64,000 nucleotides of DNA from Methylocystis sp. (GTDB lineage Bacteria > Pseudomonadota > Alphaproteobacteria > Rhizobiales > Beijerinckiaceae), in NCBI GenBank assembly GCA_035624015.1, contig DASPSI010000049.1, forward strand, positions 6,965 to 70,964, read 5' to 3'. The notes below the pieces were generated by a model. That model searched no databases. It saw only the letters and a list, made by a program, of their open reading frames with translations, and was not told where the DNA came from. Below, piece after piece: positions 59,703-64,000 of this stretch; the stretch's first letter is position 1, and the number at the start of each line of letters is the position of its first letter. The translations under genes and the position numbers were made by a program.

Positions 59703-60352
59703 GCGAGCAGAAAGCCGTCCCAGCCCTTGGCGCCGACCGTCTGCACCGCGGTCGCCGCCACGCGGGGCTCGGCGGAGACCGCGTCGAACAACGCGCGCGT
59801 GCCCACGACCATCGGCGTCTGATTGGCAGGATCGACGATCCCGCCTTCGCGCACCACATTGTCGACGATGATCACGCCGCCTGGCCGCGCAAAGCGCAGC
59901 GCCCAGGCGAAATAATGGGCATTGTTCTCCTTGTCGGCGTCGATGAAGACCAGGTCGGCCGGACCGAAGCCTTCCTCATGCAGCCGGGGCAAGGATTTAA
60001 GCGCCGGGCCGACCCGCACCTCGACCCGATCGTCTGCGCCTTCACGCGCGATGTTGGCGCGCGCGACCTCTGCATGTTTGGGCTCGAGCTCGAGCGTGAC
60101 GATCCTGCCGCCGGGCGCGAGCGCGCGTGCGAACCAGATCGTCGAATAGCCGCCGAGCGTGCCGATCTCGAGAATCGTTCGCGCCTTGAGGGCGAGCGTC
60201 AGCAGGTGCAGGAATTTGCCCTGCGGCGCTGAGACGTCGATCTTCGGCAGGGCGGCGGCCGCGTTCCGGCGCAGAGTCTCAGGCTGCGCCTCTTCGGCGC
60301 GGAGGAGCTTTTGCGCGATATAGTCGTCGCACGCGGTCCAAGCGTCTTGCAT
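59690..60352 (-). CDS. SAM-dependent O-methyltransferase (Methyltransf_3)
   Basis: LEIGTLGGYS, FIDADK, IVDNVV, GAKGWDG. Confidence 0.94.
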   Translation of the reverse strand: MQDAWTACDDYIAQKLLRAEEAQPETLRRNAAAALPKIDVSAPQGKFLHLLTLALKARTILEIGTLGGYSTIWFARALAPGGRIVTLELEPKHAEVARANIAREGADDRVEVRVGPALKSLPRLHEEGFGPADLVFIDADKENNAHYFAWALRFARPGGVIIVDNVVREGGIVDPANQTPMVVGTRALFDAVSAEPRVAATAVQTVGAKGWDGFLLAYVK

Positions 60353-60410
60353 GGGAGACCATATAGTGATCTAAGCGCGCCGCGCCTATCGGCGCCGCGC
60401 CGCCGTCTCT

Positions 60411-63400
60411 TTAGTCGAAGCGGCCCGCCGCGTGGCCGAGCATCGTATAGAACTTGCCGGCGTCTCCCGTCAGCAGCTCGAAGGATTGCGCGCCGGAGCG
60501 GTCGTTGCGCGAGGTCTTCGCCAGAAGCTCCTCGAAGTTGTGGATATATTGATCCACATGGCCGCGAAACTCAGGATCGACGCGCAGGCGCCGTCTGATC
60601 TCGTCCAAGGTCTGACGCCCCTGCGTCGTATAGAGATGACGCGTGAAAAGTCCCTCGCGCTCCCCGCGCTGGTACCGCCGCCATACGTCGGCGACAGCGG
60701 CGCTGTCGACCATGCGCGCGACGTCGAGCGCAAGATTGTCCAGAGCGCCCGCTGGCGGCCGGCGCGTGGGCCGTTCCTGCGCCTCTTCCGCCTCGTCGCG
60801 CGAGGCGCGCGCCAACACGTCGCTCAAGCGCCAATTCGGTTCCGTGGCGGGCTCGGCGCGCGGCGTCGGTCGCGTGAGCGACGGCATGGCGCGACGTGGA
60901 GGCTCGGCCGGGACGGGCGTCTCGAGGCGCGGCGCCTCAAAGTTCCGGCGCGGCGCGGCGGTCGGCTCGGCCACGTCGAACACCCGGCCCGACCGCGCAA
61001 CGATGTCCGTGAGCTCGTTGAGCGCCTTGACCTGATCGCCGACGACGCGGCGCAGCGCCGAAGCCTGCTCGGCGGTCTCGCGCGGCAGCTCTTGCGCGCC
61101 GCGCCGGACCTCCTCGCGCGTGGTCTCTAGCTCGCGTTGAACCTCGCGCGAGAGCCCGCGGATCTCGGCCGCAACCTGGTTGAATTGATCCAGCGCCTGG
61201 CCGAACACGGCGTTGATCTCTCCCTGCGCCTGCTCATAGGCGGAGCGCAAGGCTGACGACGTGCGCGAGCGCTCTTCGTCGGCGAGATTGCGCATGGTCG
61301 AGAAGCGCTCCTCGACGAAGCTCGCGGTCTCCTGCGTTGTCTCCTTGAGCAGGCCGTCAAAGTCCTGGGCGCGGGTTTCGACGGCGCGAAAGCTCTCGTC
61401 GACGAGTTGGGAGAAGCGGGCCGCAGAGTCCTCGAATTCGTGCTGCTTGCGGTCGATGAGATCGACGAGGCTTTCGAGCGCGCTTCGCCGCTCGTCGAAC
61501 GCGTGGTCGAGCGCCACCTGGCTTCGGGCGAGCTCGTTCGCGGTGGCGGTCAGCTCGTGCTGCTTGTGCTCGAGATCGCCGACAAGCCTCGAGGCGCCGC
61601 CGAGCGTCGAGCTCGCCGTATGGTCAAGCGCGGCGATGCGCTGGGAAACCGCGGTTATCGCCTGCTGGAAGTCATGGAGCCGGCTTTCGAGCTGCGATTC
61701 GAGTTGAGCGAGGCTTCCCCCCGCCTCGCCGATGATTGACTGCAGCGACGCGTTGGTGTGCCCGAGACTGTCGAGCAGCGCCGGCAATTCGGCGCGGAGC
61801 TTGTCGTTCGTGGCGACGAGCGTTGCGATCGAGGACTGGCCGCCTGTTTCGAGCGCCGCGGACAGCGCCTGGGTCGAGTGGTCGATCGCGCCGACAAGCT
61901 CGTCGCGCCGCTTTCTCAGTCGCTCGAGAACCGATTCGCCGCCGCTTTCGAGCGCCAGCGCCACCCGCTCGCTGACCTCGCTGAGCTCGCGCGCGAGCGC
62001 CGCGCCGCGTTCGCCCAGGGCCCCGTGCATCTCGGAAAGACGGTATTCGAGCGTCGTTCGCATCTCCTCCACGCGGGCGGAAAGCGCCTGGCCGAGATCG
62101 CCGGTTCGCGCATGCAGATTGGCGTCGAGCTCGCGCCGCGCCGTCGCCAAGGTCTCCTGGATGTCAAACACGCGGGCGCCGATCGAGTCGATGACGGCGC
62201 GCCCGCGTTCGTCGAGCTCGGACGAGATCTGATCCAGCCGGCCCACGACATCTGTCTCGAAATGCTCGAAGCGCCCGTCGAGGGCCGCCGCGCGTTCGCC
62301 CAGAGTCCTGTCGATGTCCTCCGTGCGCTGCTCGAGCGACCGCCTCAGCTCTTCGGAGCGGCCATCGATCGCGCGCCCGATCTCTTCAGTCCTCTGCGCG
62401 ACGGACTGCTCCAGCTCCGTTGCGCGCGAGACGAAGGTCTCGTCGAGCTCCTTGAGCTTGGCGTCGAGTGTGGCGCTGGTCTGCCGATGGCCTTCGGCGA
62501 AGGCGTGCGCGACCTCGATCGCGTGCTTGGCGAGCGTGTCGTGCAGATTCTTTCCGCCCGCGGTGAGTCCAGCGTCAATTCGCGCCGCCAGCGCCTCGAT
62601 GCGATCGCCGGCGTCCTTGGCCCTCGCGAAGGAGACGCCCTCGACGACTCCGATCTTCTCGTCGAGAACGCCGGCGATGTGCTCGGCGCGCTCTGAAATC
62701 TTGTCGATAAGCGCATCGCCTTTGCTGTCGATCGCGTTCACGCGGTGGTCGAGTTCGCTCGAGAGCTTCGCCAGGGAGTCGTCGAGCTTCGCCGAGGCGT
62801 CGACGCCATGTCTCTCCAGCTTGTCGATCAGAGCCCCGCCGCGCCGCACGATCGCGTCTTCTATCGCGCGCGCGCGCTGGTCGAGCTCCTCGCCGAAGTG
62901 GCGCGAGTTGTCGCCGATGCGCGAGGCGAGGCGATCCGTTTCGGCGGCGAGCCGGTCGACGAACTCGCCGCCATGCGTCGAAACGAGCGTCTCAATGGTG
63001 TTGAGATTGGCGCTCAAGCTTCCGCCGTGCGTGGCGAGGACCTCGTCCGCTGCGCGCAGCTGCTCGCCGATCTCTCTCGTGAAGCTTTGCGAATGCGCGG
63101 CCACACGATCGGCAAGCTCGTTCCCGTCGCGCAGCAGCGCGCGTTCGAACGCCTGGAGATTTTCTCCGAGCGCCGTGCCGATGTGCTCGCCGCGCGCGGC
63201 GAGCGCTTGAGTCACGTCGCGGCTGTGATCGACCACGACGCGTTCGAACTCCGCGACGCGATCTGTGAGTGTTTCAGCGATTCGCTCGCCTTGCACCGAG
63301 ATCGCCACCACGGCGTCGCCTGCGGTCACCGCGAAACGATCCTGCAGCTCCGCCGTCTGGCTGGCGAGCGCCGAGGTCGCTTCGCCCACCGTCTTCTCCA

Positions 63401-64000
63401 GGCTTTCGCGGAACGCGGAGCCGTGAGCTTCGAACTGCGCGCGCGCCTCTTCGCTTTGCGCCTGAAGCAGCTCCGCGAGCTTGTCGTGACCCTGGTCAAG
63501 CGAGCCCAAGCTCTCCGTAACGATGGCCTCCAGCTGCTCAGCGCGCTCGGCGACCTTTGCCGAGACTTGGGCGTTGTTCTTCAGCACGGAGTCTTCGAAA
63601 GCGGAGACGTTCTCGGCAAGCGACGCGGCGAGACGCTCGCCAAGCCCTCCCATTTCCGTGCTCGTCGCGCGCAGCGCCTGCGCCGTCTTCTCCTCGAACT
63701 GGGCAAGGCTCTCGGCGACTTCTTTGCGCAGGCTCTCCTCGTGAAAGGCGACGGTTCTCGCGGCGGCGTCGGTGCGCGCGACGGCCTGCTCTTCGAACGC
63801 CGACAAACGGTCGGCGAGCGTCTCCAGTATCCGCTCGCCTTGCGCGGCGATAGCGACGACGGCCTCGCTCGCAGTCGCGGCGAAGCGGTCTCCTGTTGCG
63901 CTCGTGTGGTCGGCGAGCGAGGCGGCGGCGTCCGCCACCGTCTGTTGCAGCGACGCGCGTAGCGCCTCGCCGTGCGCCGCGAACTGGCTTTCGGCGAAGT
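60411..64000 (-). CDS. Large apolipoprotein-repeat coiled-coil protein, GPR/RgsE-like polar growth protein (5' end outside window)
   Basis: More than 1190 helical residues, frame open to the window edge; C-terminus LRRVVGDQVKALNEL...FTRHLYT..G...VDQYI..FE.LL...GKFYTMLGHAAGR. Confidence 0.8.
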   Translation of the reverse strand, partial: FAESQFAAHGEALRASLQQTVADAAASLADHTSATGDRFAATASEAVVAIAAQGERILETLADRLSAFEEQAVARTDAAARTVAFHEESLRKEVAESLAQFEEKTAQALRATSTEMGGLGERLAASLAENVSAFEDSVLKNNAQVSAKVAERAEQLEAIVTESLGSLDQGHDKLAELLQAQSEEARAQFEAHGSAFRESLEKTVGEATSALASQTAELQDRFAVTAGDAVVAISVQGERIAETLTDRVAEFERVVVDHSRDVTQALAARGEHIGTALGENLQAFERALLRDGNELADRVAAHSQSFTREIGEQLRAADEVLATHGGSLSANLNTIETLVSTHGGEFVDRLAAETDRLASRIGDNSRHFGEELDQRARAIEDAIVRRGGALIDKLERHGVDASAKLDDSLAKLSSELDHRVNAIDSKGDALIDKISERAEHIAGVLDEKIGVVEGVSFARAKDAGDRIEALAARIDAGLTAGGKNLHDTLAKHAIEVAHAFAEGHRQTSATLDAKLKELDETFVSRATELEQSVAQRTEEIGRAIDGRSEELRRSLEQRTEDIDRTLGERAAALDGRFEHFETDVVGRLDQISSELDERGRAVIDSIGARVFDIQETLATARRELDANLHARTGDLGQALSARVEEMRTTLEYRLSEMHGALGERGAALARELSEVSERVALALESGGESVLERLRKRRDELVGAIDHSTQALSAALETGGQSSIATLVATNDKLRAELPALLDSLGHTNASLQSIIGEAGGSLAQLESQLESRLHDFQQAITAVSQRIAALDHTASSTLGGASRLVGDLEHKQHELTATANELARSQVALDHAFDERRSALESLVDLIDRKQHEFEDSAARFSQLVDESFRAVETRAQDFDGLLKETTQETASFVEERFSTMRNLADEERSRTSSALRSAYEQAQGEINAVFGQALDQFNQVAAEIRGLSREVQRELETTREEVRRGAQELPRETAEQASALRRVVGDQVKALNELTDIVARSGRVFDVAEPTAAPRRNFEAPRLETPVPAEPPRRAMPSLTRPTPRAEPATEPNWRLSDVLARASRDEAEEAQERPTRRPPAGALDNLALDVARMVDSAAVADVWRRYQRGEREGLFTRHLYTTQGRQTLDEIRRRLRVDPEFRGHVDQYIHNFEELLAKTSRNDRSGAQSFELLTGDAGKFYTMLGHAAGRFD

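Overview
GC-rich alphaproteobacterial chromosome, most likely a Methylocystis-like Rhizobiales methanotroph (standalone pmoD-like gene, pleC, GPR-like polar growth protein, F1Fo zeta subunit). The backbone is housekeeping: carB, dnaK, degP with a two-component pair, pleC, pepN, ftsY-ispZ-ispH-thrB-rnhA, an EmrAB/NodT efflux set with MarR, lolE/D, an EF-G paralogue, mdtBC, an ABC transporter, aroC and thiOSGE. There are two accessory blocks. (1) Between carB and dnaK, a SWIM-SNF2 helicase with an apparent degenerate MNT/HEPN-like C-terminus is bracketed by vapBC and mntA-hepT toxin-antitoxin pairs (candidate defence locus). (2) An Rhs/YD polymorphic toxin with a likely signal peptide and a C-terminal HAE...CxxC zinc-deaminase domain is followed by a DUF416-like immunity gene and an AT-rich orphan. 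Three families of dispersed palindromic repeats occur, and several copies lie in frame at gene termini, notably in the thiamine/ABC locus. No rRNA, tRNA, CRISPR array, integrase or transposase was recognised. All assignments come from motif recognition by eye; no searches were run.
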